A DNA stretch of 63,689 nt, counting the filler, from Octopus bimaculoides (taxonomy: Eukaryota), in NCBI RefSeq assembly GCF_001194135.2. It is 4 parts of 4 records of this genome, joined end to end, with 100 filler letters (N's around TTAATTAATTAA, not from the genome) between each part and the next. Parts side by side here need not be neighbours in the genome. Positions count along the whole stretch, not along the records: positions 1 to 30,361 come from NC_068982.1; positions 30,462 to 50,393 come from NC_068989.1; 2 more parts are not named here. One strand, 5' to 3'. Shown one piece after another: positions 26,521-39,671 of the stretch. A program made the translations under genes and the position numbers. Each line of letters opens with the position of its first letter. The stretch's first letter is position 1. The notes beneath the pieces are model-generated. The model was not told the DNA's origin and did not search any database. It saw only the letters and a program-made list of their open reading frames with translations.

Positions 26521-26865
26521 GCTACATGGAGGGCATGTATATATATNNNNNNNNNNNNNNNNNNNNNNNNNNNNNNNNNNNNNNNNNNNNNNNNNNNNNN
26601 NNNNNNNNNNNNNNNNNNNNNNNNNNNNNNNNNNNNNNNNNNNNNNNNNNNNNNNNNNNNNNNNNNNNNNNNNNNNNNNNNNNNNNNNNNNNNNNNNNNN
26701 NNNNNNNNNNNNNNNNNNNNNNNNNNNNNNNNNNNNNNNNNNNNNNNNNNNNNNNNNNNNNNNNNNNNNNNNNNNNNNNNNNNNNNNNNNNNNNNNNNNN
26801 NNNNNNNNNNNNNNNNNNNNNNNNNNNNNNNNNNNNNNNNNNNNNNNNNNNNNNNNNNNNNNNNN

Positions 26866-26901
<36 letters not shown>

Positions 26902-28344
26902 TGTATAAAATGGTGATGCAGTAAATGCATGTTTTGAAATTTTACAATGAAACATTTTATCACTAATACTCCGTGGTATCAACAACGCATTTGAATGTAT
27001 TGCCCAAGCGAATATAGAAAATTTAAGCAGTGTATCCCGATAATTCATTTCACCACAATGCGGCATTTTGAGACAAATGATTATTTACCATCACTCTTAG
27101 AGTAATGAACATGCCAAAGAAAAGTATACCTACAGCGCAGAATATAGTTTCTGAGAGCAACAGAGAAGGACTGAATTCTGCCAGTAGCATTTTACATAAT
27201 GTAGCCGTTTTTTGAGCAATTTAATAAAGTAGATATTTATTTATATCATAAAGCGTGAGCTTTTTGCGAAATTTCTGTAATGATCACTGCCACACCGTCA
27301 TCTAAGTAAATATAGGAAGAAATTTTACCATCAACATATCTTGAGAAATCTTCCGTTAATATTTATAAAGAATCAACAACTTACAGAATGTTACAGAAAC
27401 ATACCTCGAACTTGGATCGAAATATATTTGATGGTTTTCAAATACATTTTTACAGTCTTTTTATGACTCCTAAGAAGTATACAACACAGGAGAATTTAAA
27501 TAAACGGTGAAAGCTAACACGATAAATTATTTCAGAATGTATCTAGTATGTTTCTAGTTTTTTTTTTTTCTTTGTGTAGGCAGAAAACGTCAGACCTTTG
27601 AATTCCTTCCACTAATGTACCCACCACTCTCCAATGACATAAACACTTGTATAAAAATATATACAGTGTATGATACATAGACTAGAAGATAAGTAGATAA
27701 GTTTTACATCATTTGTAAAAGTATTCTTCTTATTGAAATTTCTCTGTGTCCAAAGGAATTTTATAGCCTGGAGAAATTTGCAAATATATTTTATACATTT
27801 TTCGAAACTTGCATTAATCAATAAAATATATGATTTATTATACACATACATGTATATATATATCATGAAAAGTGTCATATCCTTGTATTACATGCAAAAA
27901 TTATCAAATGTGAAAATGACTTTTTCCAATATCAGTAGTGAGGGAAATATTACTTGAATAACTGGCACAAATTTTTTGTAGTTTTACTAAAGTAAATTTT
28001 TATGGGATAAATAGTCTCAAACAATTTTGTACAACATGGTGCCATAANNNNNNNNNNNNNNNNNNNNNNNNNNNNNNNNNNNNNNNNNNNNNNNNNNNNN
28101 NNNNNNNNNNNNNNNNNNNNNNNNNNNNNNNNNNNNNNNNNNNNNNNNNNNNNNNNNNNNNNNNNNNNNNNNNNNNNNNNNNNNNNNNNNNNNNNNNNNN
28201 NNNNNNNNNNNNNNNNNNNNNNNNNNNNNNNNNNNNNNNNNNNNNNNNNNNNNNNNNNNNNNNNNNNNNNNNNNNNNNNNNNNNNNNNNNNNNNNNNNNN
28301 NNNNNNNNNNNNNNNNNNNNNNNNNNNNNNNNNNNNNNNNNNNN

Positions 28345-28382
<38 letters not shown>

Positions 28383-30405
28383 GATACATAAATATTTTAT
28401 AATATATATATGTTTGTGTATATATATATCATGAAAAGTGTCATATCCTTGTATTACATGCAAAAATTATCAAATGTGAAAATGACTTTTTCCAATATCA
28501 GTAGTGAGGGAAATATTACTTGAATAACTGGCACAAATTTTTTGTAGTTTTACTAAAGTAAATTTTTATGGGATAAATAGTCTCAAACAATTTTGTACAA
28601 CATGGTGCCATAAATTTGAGTGACATCTGTTAAACAGGTAATTTTTTCTTTTTTTTCTTTTTGTTAATATAATTTAATCCGTTTACTTGTTCTAGTTGTT
28701 GGACTATGGCCATCCTGGTTTATCGCTTTCAAGGATTATTATTCTCAATAATTTCCGTGTACCATATTCTATTACGAGGAATATTTGAACGTGATGCTAC
28801 TCCAGACGACGCAGACCATATGTAAAACTCATGTGGACCAAATTCGAACAAATGTTTAACAAATGAACTTCTTTCCCACACATTTATACTTGTATTTAAT
28901 CTCAATTGTTGCAAAATGTGCAGAGATCTCTTCCGTACATAAATATAAATTTAATACACTTCATTATACTATTTTGGCGATGCACTGTAGAAAATTATAT
29001 ACGCAACACTAAGAAACATGGTACATTTCATAGACTATAAAAAGTCGAGAGATTAATAGAAATTAGTCTGCAGTCGCCACATTTTAGCAATTTGTTTTTC
29101 AAAGGTCTCGATAGGAACCATTGTCGTGCTAGCTTTTAATATACAAGACTTACGCGTTTCCGTTCTCACTAATGCCTAAAGATAATGTTATCTTGAACAT
29201 AGAAGCCTTTGTATCGTACGAATCCGTAAGCTTTAAAGTAATTATCTGCGTTTGCGTTGAGGCGTTTTTACAGGCTGCATATACTGTCATAGTCGTTAAA
29301 TAAACTTTCTGCAGTTATTTTTTGAGGAAAGTTTTGGAATGCTCGGATTATATGTTTAGTTTTTCTATGAGTAGAACAAGGCTACTGATTTGATATGAAA
29401 TTCACTCAAGTTAGAGAAACTCCGGTAGCAGACGTTCTCATGAAAACAGCTTTGTAATTTTTAACTATTACTTATCTTTATATTTTGTTTAAAGTCGCGT
29501 AATATCTAATTTACGCTAGGATGTTATAACTCTACTTAACTTTGGCGGTTTGCCGTTTCGGAATTTAGATTTCATTCAATTTGCTGTAGTTATATAAAAA
29601 TGTAACAATAACTGGTAAACCCGATTTCCATTAGATGAACAAAGTGTGATATGTCACGAATGAAACATAATGAGGCGAAAAACCTCAAACATATGAAATT
29701 ATCGAAGCAATTAGTAGTCAACATATATTTCAAATCTAAAAACAAAAAGAGTAAACAGATTGATTGTGGCTTTTGTTTATAGAAGACAGGCAATGTATGT
29801 TGGAATGAATCTGATATTTAAACACATTTGTGGAAATGTGGATACGTTTCGGTCTTCTTAGACATCCTCAGTCAAAAAGAATCGACTTAGCAAAAATAGA
29901 AATGATCAGTATATAGACAGATATCTAGGAAATTTTAGTGACAGTAATTTTGAATAACAGTAATAGTTGCTGGTGTAAAATACTGAATAAAACAATGTAG
30001 GTGTCTCATACGTAATGTAAGGAGTTGAAAAAGTTTAACTAAATATGATTATCAGAATAATTATTATAGAATATCCTTTAGTGATGATTGAAATGTAAGC
30101 ACAAGCAAGGGAGAAAACTCCGGCAGACGACGTTGATTGCATTAAAGTTTTAGAGATGTGTTAAAAACTAACGATAGTTGGATTCATGATGATTATTATA
30201 TTTGAACCCAACTTATTGAACATTCCAAGTAAAATGTTCATCAATGTAGCGGAGGAATAATCTTTCAAGTGTTACATACATACATACATAAATATAAATT
30301 CACAAACACACAAAAACACACACACATATATGTATGTATGTATATATATATATATATATATNNNNNNNNNNNNNNNNNNNNNNNNNNNNNNNNNNNNNNN
30401 NNNNN

Positions 30406-30417
30406 TTAATTAATTAA
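30406..30417. other. Artificial scaffolding linker TTAATTAATTAA (also at 50438-50449 and 62500-62511)
   Basis: Identical 12-mer with stops in all six frames, centred in an N block (44 N + 12 + 44 N = 100 nt). Confidence 0.9.
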
Positions 30418-31458
30418 NNNNNNNNNNNNNNNNNNNNNNNNNNNNNNNNNNNNNNNNNNNNTACTACAGATGACATCATTTGGAACCACAAGAGATTTAA
30501 CTGAGGCAGCATTCATCCAAACTTTCAAGATTCAACCTCAGATTTATCATCGCATTGTCTCTCTACTACCTCTGTCAAATGAATCACCAAAATTGGCCTT
30601 TCATTATTTATAATCTGTACCTGTTTGTTTGGTTACGAAATAAGATACACAAAAACGTGTTTCTGAATTACGTGTATTTACTTTATATACATATGAGTTG
30701 AAAACTTTCTTCTAGCATTCCACTTAATATCTATGTTCCATGCTGGCATGGATTGGAGAGTTATTAATGTAGAAATATGGTATCGTAGCTACTAACAGTT
30801 GAGGGTTGCGTAGTCTAGACGGTGTTTTTAGATTTCATTATTTCTGCTAGTATATTATAATTATAATTTTCATCTTTCAGATACCTATTACATTCAATGA
30901 ATACATTCAATTACCTCAATTGCTATTTATCAATCTTCAAACTTGTGCCGGGATAATTTTACGTTTAGCAATAAGGAGGCAGCTACAGATGGCGAGAATG
31001 ATAGATTTTGCAGGTTTTCGAAGAAAAGTAATTTGGTGGTGAGATGTACTGAAATAAATTGCTCTGAAGCTGACTGTATGTGTAGAAAATGAAATATGCA
31101 ACAATTCTGAGATAAGGAATTGTTTGATGAAAGTCGGTCACACCATTTTTAACATCATGCCCTATCATAAGAGCCGTTTTGTTTTTCGATGATATCTCAG
31201 TAAAAATTGATATAGTAGAGAAGCAATATTATTGTTTTGTGGCAAAGATGCAAGTCGCGAAGATTTTTTATCAGAGCATTAGAAAACATTGCTGTATACA
31301 AATATCTTTATCATAGAAGCTGACTGGTTAATGACAACGTATGTGGGGATGTAACTCATACGGTATCAGTCGTATATTTTATTGTACACATAAGATACAA
31401 ATGTGTTACATACAAATGAGTTATAGAGAACAACATGTCTATACACAAAAACACACAA

Positions 31459-31504
<46 letters not shown>

Positions 31505-32600
31505 TCACACACTCGACAGTCTAAAACAACTTGACAGTCTAGAATCTTGGTACACTGAACGATCTTGACTGATGAATTCAATTAAGTTTGAACAAAATAT
31601 AACGACCTGACAAAAAGACTGGACATTTCTTGGCCAGGTTGTACATCAAGAGCTGCCTCACTAACCGATTTGAATCATTATGTTGAGAGACTGAAGACAT
31701 TTGTGCAACTCGAATTTATTTTATTTCAATTCACATTTCTAGACTATTTGTTTTCAAGAATCACACCATCAGTCTTATGTTGATCAAGGTGACTTGGTAA
31801 ATGCATCGTGACTTCAATAATAATTATTATAGAACTGAAAGTATATTTTCGGTACTGGATATAAATCTATCATTGTTTTCAGTGATGCCTGTTACATCGG
31901 TACGAAGTTTTAAACAATAATTTCCTTTAATGATGAGTGTGACCCACAATCATGTGATTTTACTTTTATCTTTTGAGGAGTCAAACAAGAATATGAGATC
32001 GAGTGTTTTTGTTAACTTGTTTTTCATTTTACTGCTATCAAAATTATTTTTATATTACGTTCTCAGTGTGTTTGTTGTTTGGGTTTACATTATTATTTTA
32101 TATATTGCTGTATTCCGGATATCTCTGACTATTACATCATATCTTATTAGAACGGACAGTTCCTGTAGAATTTCTCATGTATTTTGTATTAATATGAGTT
32201 ATACCTTTAGTTGGGTGTGCAAAATGTATAATTTTCTAAGCTAATGGTTTTGGTCTTTTGTGAAGAATTTCTTGTAAAGGGATTGCGTTGGCGCAGGCGT
32301 CAATATCTTACGCCATACAGTTATGAAAAACACTTGCTAGACTAGAATTATGGACTGTAGTTTAAAAAAAAATATTTAATGGTTTAAGCACGAAATTCTA
32401 CTTTGTTTAATGTTAGAAGTAAGAAGAAGAATGAGTTACAATTATGATGAAGTATCTACTATGTCGTAGATTTGTTTTAGAGTAGATATTCCGTTCATCT
32501 TGAACGAAATGCCATCAAGTGTGTCAGAGACCTTCACGAATTGCTGATTAAGTATTGAAAGATTGGCATCAATAACGTGTATTACGCAGACATTCTTCTA

Positions 32601-32836
32601 TTCTTTTACTTGTTTCAGTCATTTAAACTGCGACCATGCTGGAGTACCGCCTTAAGTGGAACAAATTGACCAGAACTTTTTTATATTTTTAAGTCCATTA
32701 CTCGTTCTATCGGTACTTTGCCCGAACCGCTAAGTTACGTGAACGTAAACAAACCATCATCGGTTGCCAAGCGATGGTGGGGGAACGAAAACAGACACAC
32801 AAATATATACATACATATATATGCACATATACATGC

Positions 32837-32879
<43 letters not shown>

Positions 32880-33350
32880 AATAATAAGGTACTCAGAGAG
32901 CTGGATTTTTGTGCATTTAAAGATTTTTATTTATATGTCACATGTTTTTATAAATCATATATTAGCACTTGCATCTACTCTAACAGATTATTCTGAAGAA
33001 TCTATTAGAGTGGATGCAAACGCTAATATATGATTTATAAAAACATGTGACTTATTAATAAAAATCTGTAAATGTACGACCATCCAAATCTCTGAGTACC
33101 TTATAATTTTTTGTAATATATAATACCTGTACATCACCTCCAAACCTTCTAACATATATATATATATATATATATATATACGACGTGCTTCTTTCAGTTT
33201 CCATCTACCAAATCCGCTTACAAGGCTTTGGTCGGGCCGAGGTTCTAGTAGAAGACGGAAGACACTTGCCCAAATTGCCACGCGTTGATACTGAACCCAG
33301 GACCATGTGGCTCGGAAGCAAGTTTCTTATTAAACAGCTATGCTTGCGCC
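32601..33350 (-). mobile_element. Full SINE family A copy: 5' half 33178-33350, 3' half 32601-32800, with a central TA microsatellite containing a foldback insertion
   Basis: Reverse complement of the plus-strand copies at 34927-35255 and 51745-51945. Confidence 0.85.
32868..33120. repeat. ~250-bp foldback/palindromic element (MITE-like)
   Basis: The left arm aaaaaataataaggtactcagaga...catgtttttataaatcatatattagc...ctctaacagatt is the reverse complement of the right arm aatctattagag...gctaatatatgatttataaaaacatg...tctctgagtaccttataatttttt, around a few-nt loop at ~32995-32998. Confidence 0.9.
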
Positions 33351-33699
33351 TATTACTTCTCAAGAATATTTACATTTTAAGAAATTGATACAGAAATATT
33401 GCAGATAAAATGAAATTCGCTATGTGGTTTTGTCCAAGACAAGATTTGGTGAAGACTCTGTATTGCTAATAATCTTACCTAGTCTCCCCGCTTTGCCCCG
33501 ATACAAGTTGCTCAGAACTATATTATGTATACATCACCATCTTTTCTGTTTGTAAATTAAGTAAGATTACAATAGTTATATCAAATAGGTAAGGTTACCA
33601 CTAAAATACGATCTGATACGTCCAACAGAATATGTACAATGTTAACAGCGATAGTGTCTTTAAAAAATTGAGCATTCCAATTCTTACATCGAGTAGATT

Positions 33700-34900
33700 T
33701 GTGAATGTGAATCTGATATAAATAAATTCTATGAAAACTAAATACACCATTGTTGTAAAGAACTGAGAAAATTATATAAGATATTTATGACAATATAAAA
33801 AAAGAACAGATAAGTATTTCTTGGAACCAGACCAACTAAAGAGGAGTTAAGATTATTAAATTTGGGAGAAAATATGTTACAGTCTGTTTAGGGTAAATTG
33901 AAAATATCAGCGGAAAACGTCAAACATATTTCTTTGGATGTAAACATAGTGTTTGATTTAATTTATTCTCTCCCGTCAAAAACTATTAGTTAAAGTTGAA
34001 GGAGCTAAATCTCGTGTTTTCCAGCTCAGGTATTGGCAGTGACCACCGTTGTTTAACAATCACAATAAAACTAAATGGTAAGTCGATAATGAACAACCAA
34101 AATTCAAACAGAAACCACGGGATTCAGAAGTATTTAACAGACATAGATGAGGAAGATGGGGATTTTATTTCATAAATATAATATTTAAATAGGCGACAAA
34201 ATTTGTCTTAAATGAACGTAGTTTGAGAATTCTTAGACGAAATATCGTGTCTTATCAAGATGTAATGAATCAGTAAACTTAAGAAAACAGTTACAGAAAA
34301 CAGTTACAAAAGCACAGGAAAATGAAGTAAATAATGACTGCAAATATACAATGTTTCAACGGAATTTGGTGAACTAGAAAGGTGTTATAGAATAAATAAC
34401 TCAAGTAAAATATATAAAAATCGTTCAGGACCTAATGAAGGAATGGGGACTGAATACCAAATTGATGGAGGGAAATGTGCAAACTTAGTAAACAAATCAA
34501 TTGAAGTGATTAATGTAAGGAACTTTACACCCACGAAATAGGTTGGTAAAACAATCCTTGAAAGCCATTCACTCTAATACAAACCTAAAGCCATAAATCA
34601 TATGAAAAGTAATACAAGTAATTAGGAAAGTAAACTGTAATAAATCACCTCAAATGGATAAAATACATGCGGAACGCCTGCTGTAGCAGGATGAATATTA
34701 GATTTATTTATATGATTACTAATAGTGTTTTACATACTTGACAATAGCCCAGTAAATGGACGGAAGCAATTGTTATGCCATGGACAAAGATGGTAACAGA
34801 CGGATATATATAGGAACAACCAGTAGAATTACTTTAATTAAGCATCATAATAACATGTTCCTCGGCGTTATACTTAGCGAAGGGAATTGAAAGAAAACTT
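33700..34900 (+). mobile_element. Very old RTE-like LINE remnant
   Basis: Plus translation near 34645-34860 gives KSPQMDKIHAERLL, WTEAIVMP and ITLI (cf. KSPG.D.I.AE.LK...W...IV.P..KKGD...NYR.ISL). Confidence 0.55.
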
Positions 34901-34926
34901 TATAAGTGTCAGTCACTTTACAAAGT

Positions 34927-35255
34927 AAGTAGCTTCCTTACCAACCAAATGGTTCCGGATTCAGTTCCACTGCGTGGCAACTTGGGCAAGTGTCTTCTAC
35001 TATAGCCTCGGGCCGACCAAAGCCTGGTGGGTGGATTTGGTAGAGAGAAACTGGAAGAAGCCCGTCGTATATATGTGTGTGTGTGTGTGTGTTTGTCCCC
35101 TCAAAATCGTTTTGACAACGGATGCTGGTGTGTTTACGCCCCCGATACAATAAGTAGTTTTCTTACAAAGAATAAGTACTGGGGTCGACTTGCTCCACTA
35201 AAGGTGGTGCTCCAGCATGGCCGCAGCCAAATGACTGAAACAAATAAAAGAATAA
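34927..35255 (+). mobile_element. Full SINE family A copy
   Basis: 5' half ...ggttccggattcagttccactgcgtggcaacttgggcaagtgtcttctactatagcctcgggccgaccaaagcc...gaagcccgtcgt, a short (TG)n, then the 3' half ...aaggtggtgctccagcatggccgcagccaaatgactgaaacaaataaaaga. Confidence 0.9.
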
Positions 35256-37060
35256 AAAATAATAGCTCGCTACAATTGCTTAACAAACACAACGTGTAAA
35301 TAGAAATCCTCCCGCACTTTAAAATGTTTCCATATATCCAAATTTAAGCTTACTCCCTACACGTAACACTCACATACATACCTCCATGATCGTTGTGCAT
35401 TCCTTCTATCCCTTGTACATCTCTTCTATTTACCTTACTACCTCACATGATATCTGTTTATTCTGTAATTTATTTTTAAACCTTAACCTATTAAATCCCC
35501 TAATATTTAGTTGTAACTCTTATTCCTAAATAATTTAATATTCAACCGGTTTCTTCATTCAAGACTACCTACACACTCATAAACCCATGGTTAAAAATAT
35601 TTCTACAGCCACTGACCTCAGACATAAAATGGAAACAAACACTTACTACTAGAGTTCTTCTCCAGCTCCTACAAGCTAGTAGACTAGCTCTGGCACCTAC
35701 CATTCTCTTTGAATCCCTTTAATTTTTCTTTATTGTGTATTTTTGACGTTATCTTCATTTACCACCCCCTCTTTCTTTATCTACCCATATATATTAATTT
35801 ATCTTAGTCATCAGATATTACATGTTAATCTATCTTTTCATTCCAACAGACTAAATGTATAGAGTTGTTTTTATGTATGTATATGCGTGAAGATTAACGG
35901 ATTAATTTGAATATAATAGATATAAAGAATAAGTAAAAGAAGTAAAATAAAAATAGAAAATATGAAAATAAATAAAATAAATCAAAATTGAATGAAAATA
36001 AAATATTGTAGAATATATAAAAATAGACATAAAAATATACATACACACGTATATACATAATGAAACCACATATGGACTTTTTATATCAATCCATGCCCAT
36101 TGGTTAAAGTAATTTAAATTTTGTGTGCATGTGGTTAATCGTGTCAGGAAAATATCTAACTATAATGGTTTATCAATATATACGTTTGTGCAGAATCATA
36201 TGGCAATGAATGACTCAAAGTTATAATCAAATATATCTATAGTTATAAAATCTCAAGAAGAGATGGAGTAGTAATATATATTAAACAGAACACTAAAGCG
36301 AGTATTCACGTCAACGTGGCAGGTGAATGTTACTACTAGTTTAACTCCCAGGCAGATTATCCATCAGCTGGATTTCGGTATAAGCTCTGCAGAGCTTGCA
36401 CCGAAAACCAGCTGGCGGAGTATATATGTATATATATNNNNNNNNNNNNNNNNNNNNNNNNNNNNNNNNNNNNNNNNNNNNNNNNNNNNNNNNNNNNNNN
36501 NNNNNNNNNNNNNNNNNNNNNNNNNNNNNNNNNNNNNNNNNNNNNNNNNNNNNNNNNNNNNNNNNNNNNNNNNNNNNNNNNNNNNNNNNNNNNNNNNNNN
36601 NNNNNNNNNNNNNNNNNNNNNNNNNNNNNNNNNNNNNNNNNNNNNNNNNNNNNNNNNNNNNNNNNNNNNNNNNNNNNNNNNNNNNNNNNNNNNNNNNNNN
36701 NNNNNNNNNNNNNNNNNNNNNNNNNNNNNNNNNNNNNNNNNNNNNNNNNNNNNNNNNNNNNNNNNNNNNNNNNNNNNNNNNNNNNNNNNNNNNNNNNNNN
36801 NNNNNNNNNNNNNNNNNNNNNNNNNNNNNNNNNNNNNNNNNNNNNNNNNNNNNNNNNNNNNNNNNNNNNNNNNNNNNNNNNNNNNNNNNNNNNNNNNNNN
36901 NNNNNNNNNNNNNNNNNNNNNNNNNNNNNNNNNNNNNNNNNNNNNNNNNNNNNNNNNNNNNNNNNNNNNNNNNNNNNNNNNNNNNNNNNNNNNNNNNNNN
37001 NNNNNNNNNNNNNNNNNNNNNNNNNNNNNNNNNNNNNNNNNNNNNNNNNNNNNNNNNNNN

Positions 37061-37115
<55 letters not shown>

Positions 37116-37117
37116 GG

Positions 37118-37150
<33 letters not shown>

Positions 37151-37923
37151 GTTTATACGTATATATGCACATACATACAAGCGTACGTACACACATGAAT
37201 GTATATAAGTTCATGCACAAGGCATGCACACACACATACATAAGCATTACATTCAATTTGATAGTATTTCTTTATATTACATTATAATTAAATTAATGCT
37301 TAGATCAAATGCATTTGCATTAAATGCAATTTACATAATGCATTGGTATATATATGTCACATAACGATCACGTTGAATATACATTATTTGTTTACATTAG
37401 CGATGGATTAAGATGTGCTACACTACGTCATCATAATTGGTGTCTATAGAAAACTGGTGGAATGTTCACAATACATAAAAATTTACTCCATCTCAATTAA
37501 TTAATGAGTATTATTAATTATTGTTTCAAGATAATATAATAGGCTGAATAAAATGTGCATTATAAGATAATTCTTCTATATTATTAAATTATGTATAAAT
37601 ATAGAAAAAAGGGAATTATATTACGAACTGATAGAAATCTGGTACATTACGTCATCACAATTCGTATTTATAGGCACGAAACATATTCGATACATAATGA
37701 TTAAGTTATTCTTAATAAATTAATTAATAATTGTTATTAATTAGTGTTTAAAATTGTTTCTATTAGAATTTTAATTATTAATGTAAGGTTATAGAGTTGA
37801 ATATAATTTGTATAAGAGATCTGATCTATAATATTCAGTTACGTAGAAGATATATAATAAACGAATTACATTAACCGAATGGATTCAGAAAATTCTTCTA
37901 ATAAATGAGTACATATTAATTTC

Positions 37924-38066
37924 AATCTATTGTATCAACATGTAAAATGCACCTAATCTATTATATCAATATGTAAAATACCCCTAATCTATTATATCAA
38001 TAGGTAAAACAACCCTAATATATTTCATCAATAGGTAAAATAACACTAATCTATCATAGCAATAAG
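37924..38066. repeat. 31-bp minisatellite, about 4.6 copies
   Basis: Units start at 37924, 37955, 37986, 38017 and 38048; consensus approximately aatctattatatcaataggtaaaataaccct; no spacers. Confidence 0.9.
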
Positions 38067-38801
38067 TGAAATACCCGCTAAACATTGGAGGATATGAATA
38101 GTTTAATAATACCATATGATAAATATGCTTAGAGAAACCACATTTCGCTACGTGAACAAAAGATTTGTTTTCTTTTCTTTGGTTAAGTAAATGGTTCCTA
38201 AATGTAAGGGTTTTATATGTCTCTTCGGTATACAACTCACATCGTTTGTTTGAGATTTTATAGGAATTAGAAAAACTAAGAATTCCCATCAAAGATTAAA
38301 TTCAATATTATCCTTTAATTTCCATAAGAACTTACTTCATCCGGTAGAGTTCATTTTTTGTCTATTTTAAAGCTTTGTAAATGGTTAGCGACCTTAATCT
38401 TTATTTTGTTTGCGGTTGACTCTATATAAAAGTATTTCCTCCCTTGAGATTGAAATATACATTGGTAGACTAAGTTATCTTTCTCACATAAATTTTAAAA
38501 ATTTATAATGTATTTTAACTTTACGGTCACAGGTTTCGTTTATGTATAAGTTTATTCGACGAAATCTTAAGAAAGGAGATATATCTTATCTAATCTATCT
38601 AACATTGTCATATGTGATAATTTAGGTTTTAAATGTTCAAGCAGAAAGTACAAAGAACCTGATTTGTTGTTGCATATCTTGAAAATAAAGTTGCCTGAAT
38701 GAATACAAAACATACCTTGAGGAGTGGTCGACACGATATTGTTCTTACTTATGCTCCCTCAAAATAACGTGATCCATTGTGACATTCTCCAAATAAATAA
38801 C

Positions 38802-39617
38802 TGTTGTATTGCACGTTCGACGTGCGATATAACGGGATAATAAATAACATCTTCGCAAATCATTCAACTCAAGATACACAATACTTGTAATTACAGTGGG
38901 CAGTATGCAACTCTCGACTTTATACAGCTCACCGACTCTCGGTGCATGCCCATTTATATTGTGGTAGAGTTCATTAGGAACTAACTAAATAGGGTAGTTA
39001 TACTTCCACGCAACACCTCCCGCTTTTGAGATTGGTTCGGTCCTTATTTTTCATATATTTATTCTTATCTAACACAGACTGTGACACATTATTCCATAAT
39101 GTATTCAATGGTAGATCCCACAGGTGGAATTCTTCCATTAAATCTGTACCGAACAGATACATTGTATTTTTAGATACCATCATTTTACTTTTCCGCGAAA
39201 TTTCTTTAAGTCTTATTTCTGGCGAAATTTCGCTCAAGATTTGAACTCGTTCCCCTGACACACCGTGAGCTATGTTAGTAGATTTTTGTATACCGGCCTT
39301 CCTATTTCAATCTGTTTCCATATTAATTATCGATACGTCTGAACCGGTATCTAATTGCATTTTTGTCTGAAAATCATGTATTTCTACCGTCAAAAATTTT
39401 CGGTTTTATATGGTATAATTTATTTTTAGTTGAGTTGACCTTCTACAGTTTCTCATTTTTTTACATTTTTCTTCAATAATCATACCGAACATAATTTTTT
39501 TTTATCTTTAAAGGGACAATCTTTCCTAAAATGCAGGTCCCCGAAACCATTGCATGGTTTTGGATTTATCTGTCTTTTTTTTTATTTCAGTACTTTCTTT
39601 GCACGTTTATACGTTAA

Positions 39618-39671
<54 letters not shown>

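Noticed and set aside
27851-28613. 197-bp direct duplication (27851-28047 and 28417-28613)
   Set aside because: The copies appear identical and flank an N gap, which is typical of an unmerged contig overlap (assembly artefact).
28695-28914. Exon-like block with a good plus-strand acceptor and open frames on both strands
   Set aside because: Several mutually exclusive short frames, none recognisable and none with a matching donor; cannot be supported.
30880-31170. Cys-rich plus frame (NLCRDNF...RCTEINCSEADCMCRK) as a secreted peptide exon
   Set aside because: There is an in-frame TGA between the acceptor and the Cys-rich part, no start codon and no recognisable family.
37924-38066. 31-bp repeats as a CRISPR array
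   Set aside because: Head-to-tail units with no spacers, no cas genes, and a eukaryotic context.
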